In this document: positions 48,930 through 63,002 of the stretch, piece after piece | Position numbering within the stretch: the stretch's first letter is position 1 | Layout: each line of letters starts with the position of its first letter | From: Paraspadella gotoi | Lineage: Eukaryota > Animalia > Chaetognatha | Assembly (NCBI GenBank): GCA_051294375.1 | Contig: CM119265.1 | Span: 11,905,818 to 11,969,817 of the forward strand | Length of the DNA stretch: 64,000 bases | Direction: 5' to 3' | Notes under the pieces: model-generated | What the model was told of the DNA's origin: nothing | The model's input: the letters and a program-made list of their open reading frames with translations, nothing else | The model's database searches: none | Position numbers and translations under genes: made by a program

Positions 48930-51900
48930 AACAGTTTTAGATTCGCCGGAAAATTTTTAGGTTAAAGCTGCAAAAAATGACAAAAACGTTTCATCATATA
49001 ACAGTTTCTACTACAAAGCGTAAAAAAGTGGAGAATTTAACCTTTTTTTTCGATTTTTGACGCTAAAGACCTTGAAATTTTTAATAACATATTATATATT
49101 TTTGATCTAACTTTTTGTAAAGAATCAGAATCTTTAATAAAAATTAAAAAAAAAATATTCTGAAAATTTATGATTTTATAAGGATATTACTATAAATATA
49201 TTGTAATTAATGATACTGTTCCCCAAACAATATAAGCAAAATATTTTTTGTACTCCTTAATCATATTATCTCACGTCTAAATATCCTTGTTTGTTCACTC
49301 AAATAAAATTTATGTTCCCCAGTGCTCCACTCTAATGCATAATAACCCCAAGAGTATTGGCTCTTTAAAAATGTCAAGAAATGGAATCTCAGAATAATAT
49401 AGTAGACTGCAGCAATGGATTTTTGCCCAGTAACAAAAATATAAGGAAGTATTTATCTTTCATCTGATGCTCCAGTAGATTGCATAAATATATTTACTTG
49501 ATATTTTACACAGAGAGTCCCAACTACATCAGTTATTGATTTCATAAGCTCCCAGAGATGGCACTCAACCAGAGTGGCCACTACAGTGTGAACTTAAAAA
49601 AAAAATTTTTACAGTATCTTAAAATTGCTTTTATTAATTAAGGTTAAAATAGGTCTTGTTAAACTGCGGCAGTTAAATGGCCATAGGATAGTAAAGATAA
49701 GATGTCCTAGTAAATATTTCTAAATGGAGTTCTTCATTTGCTCTCTTTAGAATTTTTCTTTTAACATAGAAACGAGCTCCTCGCGTGCATATTATTGGTT
49801 TTAAGTTTCCGACATTTGCTACCTGCAGCATCCTTATAAATGGCCCTAATCCACTCGGGCTTGAGCGCACGGTTTCCCGAATTCAAATAGTAGTTATTCC
49901 TATTCTTAATAGCTTTCTTAATAATATAACATACTGCTAGGGAATATTGACATATTTACGTAGACACATTTGAATCCGACAAAGTTTTAATTAGATAACC
50001 AGTCTGGGTGTCATTCTGTTCGTTTTTCCAAGCTCTTTTTAACTAAAAAAGTTTTATTTATCGTCGCAATCGCTAAGCGTTTACAGGGATTTCTTAACTT
50101 CAATACAATGTCAACGCAATTAAGGTATGTAGTCATTTTACAATAAACTTCTAATTCAGAAATCCGATAGCCATATGTCTGAAGGGCTCGCAAAATTTTT
50201 CTTTTTCTTGTAATTTAGCCCATATACAATAGGGCCGTAGCGATGAAGAGTATATTGATCGAACATGTAAAATCTGTTGCGTATTGCTAGCGCCAAACTT
50301 CGTCATGGGGTGGGTCAGAAGTTTGATTTGGGAACCTTTCCAAATGAAAACTTCATACATTTCTGAGAAAACTTTCAATGGAGCAAAATTTTTCTAAAAT
50401 GGCAAGAAGCATTAGTAATTAATTTTTTAATAATTTATTTATAGATAGGAAATGTCAAAAATTTTTTTTTTGAATTTGTTATTTTTTAAAAGCAGATTCA
50501 AATGGCTTATGAAAAAGTTTATCTACACAAAGTATAATTCTTTTTTCAATATTTGATGATAAGTGGGTTTAAATTGAGAAAAACTTAAAAAAATCATCAT
50601 CATCATCATCATCCGATGGATTTTAGCAGTTTTTTTCAAATTTTTAGTAATAAAACATCAAAATTTAAAAAAGTTGTAATTATATTTTTTGTTTAACTTT
50701 TTAAGCTCTATCAGAAATCAATTAAAAAAACTTAAAATATTCCCAAAAATTTTTTGACATTATATAGGCAATAAAATAATATTATTAGCGAAATTACTCA
50801 TGGTTCGGAACATTTTTGTAAAAAAATTATTTTAACACAATAATTAATACCAATAATGGATTAGTTTAATGCTGTTCCCATTAAAATTTGAATTGGTCGG
50901 CTACCTCTAATATTGCAATAAAGAAACATTTTTATAACAAAATTTATTTAAAATATTTTGGAACAGTATCACTTTATCGATTTTTTATAATTTTATCACT
51001 TATTCACTTTTAATTGGTTCTTTTCAGTCACGTGACATTATACAGCCAATCAGCATCGGTTATTCTAGCTCAAATTTTATTAAACAAAAAAAAGAAAGTT
51101 GTCGTTCTATTTTTTTTAATTAAGTTTCAAACCATACAGATAAGATTTATTAGCGAAACAATGACGCAAAATCTTTTTTCGTCTCGACTGTAGGAAGAAG
51201 GAATCGAGACTTGATTCTCGCTCTCATAAAACCGTCTCGACGATCAAATCCGCATACTGAATGACAAGCTGCCGTCATCTCTTTAATCATTCTTTCGACG
51301 GCCTGGGTATGACAATTGAATTTAAAAACGCTCAAAGGAACTGTTAATATCTTATTAATTTCACTAAGGTTAAGTTTAGTCGTGAAAATGGGTTCAGTAA
51401 CAATTAAGTCATCCCAACTGATAACATTATTAAAACCTTTCAAAAAAACTAATGGTTGGACAGGCTTATTAGACCAATTTCGAGGTGGGAAATTTGATGG
51501 TGAGGTCGAAATTGCTCAGTTTAGTCGAAATCGCTTGACAACCGGGCCCTGAACGAGCATTTTCCAATTTTTCCCACATTTTAAAACGTTAATATCATTA
51601 TTCTATAAAATTACTTTTTTAAACTAAAGAAAAAGTAAATTACACTTTTTATTATATAAACTTAATATTTATCATAATTTGAAGTAACAGTTTTAAAAAA
51701 ACAGGGCCCAGGAGCATTTTTCCCTGTTTTTACTTTATCAATCACTTTAAAGGGAAAGTTCAATCAAGATTGTATAAAAATGTATAAAATATATATTAAT
51801 ATAAAACTATTTGCTTTCATTTAAAATAGGTTAAAACTTTTTAAATTTTAATTTATTATTTTATTAATTATTATTTTTAAGTAAATGATTACTGAAAACA

Positions 51901-52019
51901 ATCCAATCGGTTTTTTATTTTAAAAAGACAAATAAAATAATTTTGGTTTATTAACACAATGCAAAGGCCAAAACATATGTTTATTTTTAATAAAAAAATA
52001 TTAGAGGAAAAACAATATG

Positions 52020-53130
52020 TTTTTCGCGCTTTAACAACATTTATTTTTTATATAATGGACAAGTTTCGACTCTAGTTTTCGAGTCTTCATCAGTATTGAA
52101 AAGATACATTCACAAACTTTTTTATATTGGTTTAAGGGAGAGAGAGAAGGAGGAGATATTGAGGGAGAGAGAGAGAGTTTCCAACAAAGAAATTGAGTAA
52201 AGGACAGTGGTCAGATGTTAGGACAGGAGAAAGTGAGGGAAGGGAAGGAGAGTGAGTGAATTTGAGATTGGTGAAAAAGAAAGAGAGAGAGAGAGAGATC
52301 AATATATTTGGCAATATATAACATGAAATATGAAGTGAAAACGAAAGTAACATAAGTTAATAATAAATAAATGTTTGTGAGAATTTGGTTTAATAGTAAG
52401 AATGAAATATGAAATGGAAGAATAAGTTGGTGAAGGGATCTAAGGTAAGTTTAAGAGAAAAATAAGATGAGAAAGAGCTCAAAATGAGCTGGCCCCCCCT
52501 AGCAGGGCAAATGAGGGACATTACCGATGTGCTCGGTTCATTGGCCTGTAATGGGCTGAGAGGATATTGTGGTGGAGTGGGATTGGTTCGGGTCTGGCTA
52601 AGATCCGGCTGAAAAAATGCCAAGTGCCACTCGTATACTTCTGGCCTGATAGGCCTGCCGAGAGCCCTCTTCTCACCTGATGGTGAGGCGGGCAGTTGTC
52701 TGTTCTGGCCTGTTTTGAAACGGGAGATACAGATTCCTCTCCCTCCTCTTGCAGCCGTCGTTTTGGGCGGCGCTCAGCACGAGAAAAGTCGTGCCAAGTT
52801 GCTGCAGGCTCAGGAGAGGCATCAGATGTTCATTGCCTGCTAGAAAATCTCCGCCTGACCCATTGAGTGGGACAGGAATCACCGTGTGGCTGAGGTGGCG
52901 TTGGGTGCCCACCAGTTTGATTAGCGAATCATAGCTTGGAGGGAGTTCGAATTGTCCTCCATCACGGTTCAAAGAGGGTTCGAGGGCTTTGATGTTACTT
53001 TAGTTTTTCACTTCTATTCACTGTTGTACATTGCCAAATGTATTGATCTCTCTCTCTCTTTTCCACCAATCTCAAATTTACTCACTCTCCTTCCCTTCCC
53101 TTACTTTCTCCTGTCCTAACATCTGACTCA
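52020..53130 (-). mobile_element. 5'-truncated Penelope-like element: GIY-YIG C-terminus, pseudo-LTR with hammerhead, and inverted partial pseudo-LTR
   Basis: IKALEPSLNRDGGQFELPPSYDSLI at ~52990-52920; 52992-53127 is an inverted copy of ~52210-52353; hammerhead at 52054-52097. Confidence 0.78.
52054..52097 (-). ncRNA. Minimal type I hammerhead ribozyme (Penelope-associated)
   Basis: AATA-CTGATGA-A-GACTC-GAAAACTA-GAGTC-GAAAC-TT-GTC-CATT: intact core and stem II, minimal stem III, one stem I mismatch. Confidence 0.72.
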
Positions 53131-53365
53131 ATTCTGAAGCTTTGAAATTTTATTCATCAATTTTTTTACTTTAATATTATGAATTTCTTTTAATATAATT
53201 AAAAATATACTATGTGATAATAGGGTCTTGTAGTAAATTACTAGAGTTTTCATCAGTGCAAATTAAAAGTTTTGGGAGACATGGTTTGAAAAGGAAACCA
53301 TTCCATCTCTCTCACTCTCTCTCCTCTTTTTTTTCTTCTCAAACCATGTCTCCAAAAATTTTAAT

Positions 53366-53407
53366 TTATGCTGATGAAGATATGACTTCTTCAAAACGTG
53401 TCCATAA
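53366..53407 (+). ncRNA. Degenerate hammerhead motif
   Basis: TTATG-CTGATGA-AGATATGACTTCTTC-AAAAC-GT-GTC-CATAA; stem I perfect but GAAA mutated to AAAA. Confidence 0.45.
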
Positions 53408-56400
53408 TTTACTATGAAGATAAATAAAACTTTACCATTGCCAAAACAAACTAAAGACTTTTACTTATTCTGAATTAAATGTTTGCAAATTTAAAATTAG
53501 TGATTACAAAAAAATCAGAATAAAGTTTTTAGCAAAATTTTAAAAAAACCCTTTTTAGGTATTATGCTCATTTCAGGGCTAAGAAAGAAAAAATATTAAA
53601 GTACAATCATTAATTGTACTTTAAAATGGGTAAAAAAAGAATAAAAACTAATTAATTTATTGTTTATTTCAGTTGGATAATAATAAACTACAAAAATTAT
53701 GGGAAATTCTAAAAAGCTAAAATATGCTCATGTAGGCCTGGTAGTCAAGCGATATCGAGGTTTGCGACGGTTTTTGACCTTACCATTAGATTCCTTACCC
53801 CCATATTAGTATAGTTAGCCTGTCCCAACAGTAAAAATGCAAGCTTTATTATTTTTTGAAATGTTTAAATAACATTATAAATAGAATCAGCTTCAAATTG
53901 AGAGCAGGGGGTTTAAAAATTCGGGGAGAGTCATCTCCTGTTCCTCTTCCATCACGGATTTCCAGCAGTTTTTTGACAGCAAATTCTCGATGGTTTTTAT
54001 CGTCAGAAGCTGCCAACGCTAACAGTAGGTTTTCTGGATGAACAAAATAGCTTTTTACGTATGGTGAAACAATTTCCCTAATAGCGTTTGGCAGCAACTT
54101 CAAAAACTGTATTTGTGAAAAAATATGAAAAGGGGCTTTTAGGATTGATGGAGCCGCTTTGATTTTAAACCAAATTTGACAATAATTCGACATTATAAAA
54201 AGAACAATTTTGTCTAGGGAAACCAACGATCAAACAGCCCGAGCGCGAGTCTCGTGTCTCGTGAGCCACGCATTCACCTTCCTCTTCCTCCTCCTAGCAC
54301 CCAGGGCTCGAGGCTCACCGAGTTTTCGCCTTCTCGTTTCTACTCTCTCTCCTCTACTTTCTCCTCTCCGCTCCTTTCGATTTTCCCTCCATTTTTTGTA
54401 CACCTTTTTTTGCCTTTTTTTAGTAGTAGATATACGTTTTCCTACATTTCGCCTCCTTCCTTTACGACTTCGTTAGTTAGACCCAGATTACCACCATCCC
54501 AGATAGAGTGGCGCCCAATGTGTTACTCTTACTTAACCACTAAAGAAATCCCCAAACATTTCCTCTCACCCCTGAGCTGCTAACCGGGACTTAACCAAAA
54601 ATAGATCTCACCTATTTCCCTCTTTCTCTCTAACCATCACAATAACAAACCTCACCCATTTCCCTCTTTCCTCTCTGACCCGCTCTCTGACATCCTTATT
54701 TAACCTTTCTCTGACCGCTTTCTCGCCTTTGCAGTCAGATCAGTTTTTTTCATGTATAAAAACATAAGTCGAATTGCCGTTGTTAACCAACGTGCGTGGC
54801 AAATGGGGCCAGGAGTGAGACTAGTGACGCGTTCCCCGGCTCAGCAGCACTTCGACAGAGTGATGCAGCGTCGGGACTGGGCCCTGCAGCAGCTCTGCTG
54901 TCGCTGAGGCCGGGAGTCTGGTTTTTTCTTTGACTTTTGTTTTTGTTTCACACGTCTGGTCACAGCGCGGTGTCTCGCCTTTTGGAGAGACAAAAGGCTA
55001 ATGTGGGGGGGGGGTTTGATAAGAATCATAATTCCATCCAGAATTACAGATTACCGTTGATTTCTATTTTCAAGTGTTTTAGTTGTTTTCCGATCCAGTG
55101 AACCAATAGCCATTTTCCCTACACTTGCAGTTTTGTTTCGTTGGACATAGATAAAGCGATAAATGTGCGCCTGCCATGTACAATTCCCATCGCATCCCGT
55201 CTCGGAGCACAGTGATCGGGCATTTGCAGTTTAAAATGTCAAAGAGTTTGTCGAGACGATCGGCAAAGTTATGAGAGCGCGCACCAGTTGCGGACCGATG
55301 CATTTGCGTAAGTGTATTCTACTCACGTTTGATTCATACTGTGATGCTGTCCAAAGTTGCAATCGGTAGAGAGGAATTGGCTCGCTTGTAAATATTACAA
55401 ATGTCTTCGGCCACAGATTTAAAAAACGCTGTGTTCAGGACTTTCCCTTCCAGCTGAAATATAAACAAAAGGAATGTTAAGACCTTTCAGTCTATCATCC
55501 GAAAATGTTTTAAACTCATAATCAAATAACTTAAACAGCACAATACCTTTTTAAATTTAGCGTGACACATTACATTACATTTAGTGGTTTCGAACTACCA
55601 AGAACTTCATCCTCCTGACTACGAGTTAAAACCTTTTTGTATTTCGGCATTTTAAAAACTATTCTAGTTCTATAACTACTACTATTTCTAAATAAAAAAA
55701 ATGAATTCTAAAAAGCTATTCGAAAAGTTACTTAGTAACCATTAAACAATTGAGAACGAAATGTTAACCCGAAAAAAATTGAACGCTGATTGGTCAGTTA
55801 ATTACGTGAGTCGTTTGTGGTTGGATAATTTTTTTATTTTGCTGATGACGTGATTTTTTTAACTTAATGAGTTAATCGGCGAGTTCATCCGCGAAAACAA
55901 AATAATCCCACAATTTATCCCAAAAAGTGATTTTGAAGATATATTTTTGGAAAAAGAAATTTTGATTTAAGCGAAGGAAAACATTTCAATATTTTTTATT
56001 TGTTCCATCAACGAAATAAAAAAAAGAGCTTAATATGCTCCGGCCTAATCTACATATCAAACGGTCAGGTTAAAGTGTAATAGTCCAGTTATTATCGCGA
56101 AATTTTTATTTAACATAAAAATAAAGGAGGGAAGAATGAAATTTTTATTTAATAAGAAACTAAAGGAAAATATTTTTTGTCATTATACTAGAAAAACCGC
56201 TGTTCTTTTTTTTCCTGTTAAGCATGATTCAGCTGAGAAGTGCAGCTTTGGCTCGGGAGTTAATGCAGCAGCATCAGTGGCATAACTGCAGAGCAGATAA
56301 TAGCGCCATGGAAACCAAACAAATAAAACTTTGGAAGATGAGCACGAAAACCATGCCATGCAACGACAACCAAGGAGTTAAGGGAGGCCGCCTCGATCGA

Positions 56401-57847
56401 ATTTGCGACAAAATACATTGAGGTTCGACTCGCGCGTCTTGAACCAAAAAAAGAAGCTCCGCTCTCAGAAAAAAAATCCGAATGAAGCGGTTTCCAATAG
56501 GTTCCGCGTACAAACGTTGCATTTAGGAAAAAAGCGACTCTTCCAATATTGTTCAGCTGTTATTTACAATGTTGATTAACTTTGTACCACAACACAAATT
56601 AGGCAACGAAGGATTGGTTAAAAACATTTCCACCCGTTTCTAATGATAAAAGAGTAGAATTTTGGCAACTTTTTAGGAAAAAAAATTATGTCCATTTTTG
56701 TCCATTTTTACTTGCGACTTCTGATTTGAATGCCAAGGAAAGTTGAGAAAAAATTTTTACTTTGGAAATCCGTTCTTTCTTATCTTCTTTACCCTGGGTA
56801 GATTTATTAGCTTAAATTATTTATAGTTTGCCTATGAATTAATGTTAAAGTTAACAAGTCAAAAATTGCAGTTTCAGTCTTTATCATAATTTGTTAAACA
56901 AAAATTAATCAAATTGGTTGAAATTAACAGAAAATATAGCCTATTGAATAAGCTTTTCACACCTATAAAATTATCAAAAAAACTTTTTTGGTTTAGCCAC
57001 AAATAATTTTTAAAGGCGTTTTTTAATTTGTGACTTTTTGTGACTTGCATTTATTTTTGATAAAGATAATATTTTCAACTCATTTATTAGTTTTAAAGAT
57101 GGGGTACTTACTGACGTTGATAAAACAAAAGAACCGCATCCTTTTAACCCAATGGAAAGCATCAGGACTTGTTTTTTCTCAGAATCGACAGATTTTGCGG
57201 AAAAATTTTCCGCAAAATCTGTCGATTTACTCAATTTGCTAGGCAACCAAAATTGAAAGAAAAATCATGCGCTACCGTTCATTTTCTTTCTTATAATGCA
57301 TTTTAAATATTTTCTGTGATTTAGCTCAATGTAAACGTAGTGAGAGGAAAGAGGAAAGGGAAAACAAGAAAAGGAGAAGGGGAAGAATGAAAGAGAGGGT
57401 GAAAGGCAAAAAACGAAGGCAAATGGGGAAAAAATAGTAAAACAATTGTAAGGTGAGAAAAGAGGGAAAATGGAAAGAAAAAGAGGGGAAAAGAAAGGGG
57501 AAGAATGAAGATGAGAAAAAAGGTGAGGAAAGTGCATGAGTGGCAGAAAAGGTAGGGGCCGAAAAATGGTAAGTGACAGCGTGAGAAGTAAGGGAGGAAA
57601 GAGGAAGAGGAAAATATAAAGTAAGAGAAGAAAAGATGTGAAGAAAAATAATCAGGAAAAGCGTATGAAGGAAAAAAAATTGTATCAGATAATGTGGCGT
57701 CTTACCTAAAAACTTTTATGTAAGTAAAAGACGTGAAGATTCTTATGAGGAATTCGATCTTTAAAAATTATCTATACATATAAAATTTGAACATACTTAT
57801 ATCTAAAATTACGCAGTTAATGAGATTAGATAAACAATCATTGAAGA

Positions 57848-60800
57848 AATTTATGGTTCCAAATGAACCGGGATCTTCATGCTCCTCTCCACCACGTATT
57901 GCTCTTTTGTTCCAGAATGTCGTGTTGTCCACAGAAAGGACAAAAGAATAAAACGGAAAAGCAGGATCCTCCTGTCTTCCTCCTCCTGCTTCTTACCTCC
58001 TCTCAGATACTTAAGCTCAGCGAAAGCGAACGCCACGAAATCACTCAGTCCACAAGACCCATCTGAGAGAGACTCCACGCGACTCCCGACAGTAAAAACG
58101 GAAGAAAGGTCTGTGCTTTCCCAGACCAATTCCCACTGCACGTAGAATGACGTCCAGATCCACGCCCTTGGCAAAAGCTCCGATACAGCCATAGCGCGTG
58201 TCGAGGCCAGGGGGCGCGTTGATGTCCGCATCTCCAAAGATCGACTTGAGAATCGATGAAAAACGTTGGAGAGATAATGGACCATAAGGAGCGATGGAAA
58301 TAAAGAGGAAACGTGCTGAGGTCACAATGCCTGACAACACGAAGCCAAAAAACCAAAAGCAGAGACTGGGCAAACGCTTGAGCCATGCAGTCTATTCCAA
58401 ACGAAAAAGCAGGACCAAGACGACGAAAACTATCAGTCTTGACAGTTGAGAAGGCACAAAAGAACATGTCAGCAGCAAATCCATGTGACCAGGTCCAACG
58501 AAGCGAAGCCAACTCAGAAGCCTTCTTGCAGAGGCCATGGCAAGGAGGAAAATTGTACTCCTCAAAACATGAGCCGTGAGAAATTAGTAGAGCGAAGTAT
58601 CAAAAAACTCGCAGAACTGGGCGACCACTCAAGCCGGGAACATCCTGCGCCGAAGGAGGGCGTTTTTGGAGACATCCCTCAGCAAACGGCAGACAAAGGA
58701 TGTTACCACTGGAGAACCATCCACATGAAGGCAAAGTTGCGGAGATGCCGATCGGTTGCAAATTCACTGTGGCTATACAGACAGACCAGTCGTACGCATG
58801 AGATTGAGCGAGATACTCGAGAACGTCCTTCAAAGCGCCTGATGTCTCGAAGGCCCCTACGCTGAAGGAAGAGAGTCAAAACATCGCAGAACCCTGTCGT
58901 AACGGGATCCTGTAATCCCCTCCACTGTCAGAGATGAGTGAAAAAGCTGAGTTGTTGAGGTCTTGGAGACCGTCGCGCCCTCCTATAAATCCTCCAGAAC
59001 GACCAACTTGGAGGCGATCCGAGAGCTTGGAGGAGATCCGTGGCTTTGTCCAACACAATTGACGAGAACACGGGGAGACGAAAAACCTCCAACACCCGAA
59101 GAGTCAACAACAGCGGAAACCACTTTCTGGCTGGCCAAAAGGGCGCACCAGAAGAAATTCCCCCTGGCCTCCGCTCAACTTGAGGATCACCTTCGGAGAT
59201 CAATGGGAGAGGGGGAAACACGTAAAGCCCCTGTCGAAAATCCAAACTTGATTGAGGGCAATCCAGTCCGAGGAGAATCATCCTCCCATCTTCCAAGAGA
59301 AGTAGCGAGGAACTTGACGGAAGACCAGCGTCGCAAACAGATTATCTGGGCAAACCAGACCGTCGAATCGTCGAAAAACTTGGGGAGAGAGATGCCATCC
59401 TGAAACAGCTTTCCGCGTGATGCCGCATCCGCGATCAAATTCTCCTCAGAAATGTGCGTCCCCACAATTGTGATCTGCAGAGACTGAGCCAGAAGGAGAG
59501 AATACCTGACAACTTCGTGAGAATCCGAGAGCGGCTTGCAGGAGCGGCGGAGACAAACCAGAGACACTAAGCTGGTCGTCTTCCACAAAAGATTGCAGCC
59601 TCGGATCTGCTGACCGCAAGGAACGCAGGAACTTGAGCAGGACATGAAACTCCTTCACAGTTATATGGAGAATGGCATCCACAACTTCCCAATCCCCCGG
59701 TGAAGAGCCCCGCGAAACAGGAAGCCCAACCCTCCTGGGAGGCATCTGTCGTCACTTCCGCCGTGAGAATCCGGAAGAACACGGCAGATCGAGCAAAGCA
59801 ATCCTGGATTCTCGAGCTTTGACATCCAACGCAGCTCCACTCTCGCCGCCTACCGAAAGAAGGACTGTCTTCCCCAGATCCTCTCCACGTGGAGTAGACA
59901 GATTGACTCGCGTTGAATCCTGCCGTCTGCAGCGAATGAGCGGACTGCTGAAAGAGGCTGCGGTCACGAAGACCCAGCAGGCGAAAGAACCTGAGGGCGA
60001 TGGAGTGGGCTCTAAGCAGGAGAGAGGCGGCCATCTCGCGAAGTGACAAACTTCGTCCAGAGAGCGCAACTCGATGAAAGCGCCCACGCCCATTGGAGAC
60101 CCAAGAACTGAAAACTTGCGTCGGAACCAAACTTGACCTTATTGGATGAATGATGAAGCCCGCATCCTTCAAGAGTCGAAGAGCTGTGAGAGTGTTCACC
60201 AGACACCCTCTTGCGAGCGTCCCAGTATCAGAATATCGTCTACTGTAGAAAAGGCAACCTGATGCCCTTCTTCGGAGCCAGGCGACTAACGGGCGTCGTC
60301 GTCTTGGTGAACAGCCAAGGACCGGTTGCCAAAACCAAAAGGAAGGACTTTGTACTGATAAACCGCCCTCTCCAATGAACCGAACAAAAACTTGCGATGA
60401 TCCACATGAAGAGGCAAGTGAGATAGGCGTCGCGAAGATCGATAGACGACGCCCAGTCCCCCGGAGAACCTATCTTCCGACATCTTGACAACCTTCCATC
60501 GAAGTAAGGAGGGACAATGAAGGACTTGTTGAGCTTCTTCAAATTTAAGAATTGGCCTCCATCCCCGTCTTTTTTGGAACAGAAAAATCTTGGAATAAAA
60601 TCCCGAGAGGCTCCACCTCCCCACGCACCCTTTTCCAAAGCTGCCGCTATCTCTCTCGTCGATGCAAGAGTCCCTGTCCCAAAAGAAGGGTCTCGTCGAA
60701 GGGAGAGGCATTCTGGTAGGAATCCTGTTCGCTCCTGCAATGAGGATTCTTTCACGTTTTGTAGAATAGGAGAATCCTGTCCGACCAAATCCGCCAAAAG

Positions 60801-63002
60801 GGACGAAGTGTTGCAAGCGCCCTCCCAACCGGAAGTGCGGAAGACGGGCCGGAGAGACAAATCGAGTCCTGGGACAGGATCCATAGTCTTGATGTCCAAG
60901 TGGCCGGACGAGGCGACGGCCGAGGGGCGTCATAGGAAGTCACTTGGAGTCCTTCGACGCCCAGCCATCCCCCCTTTCCCGAACGCTAAAAGACGCGGAC
61001 TTGCGTAAGGCTTGTAGAACCTGGATCTTAGCAAAGAACCTCTTCCGCGGAACTGCATTGATTTTTGGGGCGATAAGCTTGAGCCTTGAAAAGGAGGAAT
61101 GGATAGCCGCCGAAAACCCGTCGTCGATCGATTCCCAATAAAAATCCACAGAAGGAGGGGATACCGCAGTTGTAGCTTTAAGCTCTTCGGGAAGAGACTG
61201 CACTACAGACGTCGAATTCAGCCAAAGCTGAATTAAAAGAGAGCGCCCGACATTGAAGCTGCATCTTGAGTGGGAGCAGCCAAAGTCTCCAAATCCACAA
61301 TCAGTTCGGGATCTCGCCCAGCTTTGAGAGACGCAATAATAAATTTCAGGCCTCTGCAAGTGTGAAGGACAGCATGAAGCTACGGCCCCAGCATCCCTAT
61401 AGTGCGAACGAGCTGCTTAAAAAGAGCATGCCGATTTGCGATCCTGGAAACGCATCAAATTGTGCGGAGACTACAAGTATCCTTCGTGGGAGGTCCAAAA
61501 ACAGCAGGAAGAAGATCCATTCAACCCAACGAGCATAAATAGATCTGGGCGTTGACCGGGCTCCCCCCTTGCGAGCGTCCCGGAAGAACCAACAGAACGG
61601 CAGCTCCTTCATTGCTGACACACCCACTCGAAGAACTGATGCAGTCTGCGTTGGGAATAAATAGTCTCAATCCCACTGGAGCATAGAAGTGAAGAGCAGT
61701 TCGCCTTCCTCGAACAGATCAAATCATCGTCCGGTGCAATTAGCATTTTGCAGAAGTTGATGAGAACGAACTAACTCCATATCCCGACTTTAGGAAAGAG
61801 CGGTTAGCATGACAAGCTTTGCGCAGAACGCGGACTTGATCACTGGAAACGAATCAGCAGCAGCAGTAGAAGGTTGATGCGGAACAAAAGTGAAATTCCA
61901 GGAGCCATGAACATCGTACATGAAAGGAAAAGAAAAAAACCGATTAAATAAGCGCACCAAAAAAAGACAAAACCCCCGAAGCCGCCCTCCACCACCGGTG
62001 GTTGCCAGGGGGACGGCGGGAGACCACGGTGGAGAGGAGCCATGAGAATCCGGTTCCATTTGAACATAAATTCTAATCATGTCGCTCCTCTCCAACCACG
62101 TAGTTCTGCCATAACAAGAGCGGCGAGGATAAAAAACAAAAAAAACAAGACAAAGTCGAATTGGTGGAGCGGAAAATATCGAAAAAATTTCACTAATTAT
62201 GCAAAAAGGCAAAAACACGAAATAAGAGCACATCAACTCACCGTTGCACGAAGCATATCGTCGCATGACGTTGAAAACTCCTCCACTGCTGCTGAAGAAG
62301 GCGAATCCCTCCTGTATGCATGGCCAAGTTGATTCGTTTCACCCGCTAAGAGCCGAGTCCTTTGTAGGCGAATGCACCACGTTCCTCTCCCCTACACCAT
62401 ACGCGATGTATAAGTCGGTGCACCGGCCTCGATGCCCACCAGGGAAGGAACCCAGCGGCGGATCCCGGACCTCGGCGGCGCCCTAGCGCATGTTCACCCC
62501 ACGGGAGAAAGCAGAGGCCGTTACGGGAGGTGGAGGAGCGGAGCAGGCCCCCTAACGTCGGGCGGCTTCCGGAGTCAAGACCCATTTCGGGCCCGCTCGC
62601 TCCGCTTTTGGACCGCTTTACGGCGGCGCTCGATTTTCGGTTTGCGAGACTCGGACATCTGACAATAGAACCGAAACGACTTCGAGATTCACCCCAAACG
62701 AATCGAAACAAATCTCGGAGGGAAAAAGAATTCCGTAGTATCAAATTATTTCCAAAAAAATAATTCAAAAAAAAATTTTAAAAATTTCAAAAATATTTCA
62801 AAAACCTGTGAACGACAAGTCTGAACAAAAAAGTGATTTCGTGGCGTTCGCTTCGCTGAGCTATATCTGAGAGGAGAAGAGCAGGAGGAGGAAGAGCAGG
62901 AGGATCCGCTTTCCGTTTTTATCTTTTGTCCTTTCTTGTGGACAACACGACATCTGGACAGCAAAGAGCAACTACGTGGTGGTGAGGAGCGACAAGATAG
63001 AA
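57848..63002 (-). mobile_element. DIRS-type tyrosine-recombinase retrotransposon, full length, heavily frameshifted
   Basis: Inverted terminal repeats ~57848-58045 and ~62832-63002; RT (SIDLRDAY, YQYKVLPFG, Y-VDDILI at ~60230-60245); RNase H (VTTDASQEGW, HISEENLIADAASR); recombinase C-terminus (R-AMAVSELL..GVDLDVIL..W..TF.RFY); internal complementary region ~62025-62110. Confidence 0.88.

Larger units (their letters stand above)
51150..55450 (-). pseudogene. Fragmented DNA transposase (pieces at ~55030-55450, 53849-54200, 51150-51443) split by later insertions
   Basis: LDKLFDILNCKCPI; Y..IWFKIK..YFVHPENLLLAL..PRIFKPPALN; TEPIFT..FNCHTQAVERMIKEMT..GFDRRDGFMRARIKSR are collinear motifs of one widespread invertebrate transposase family (recalled from memory, not searched). 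Confidence 0.6.
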
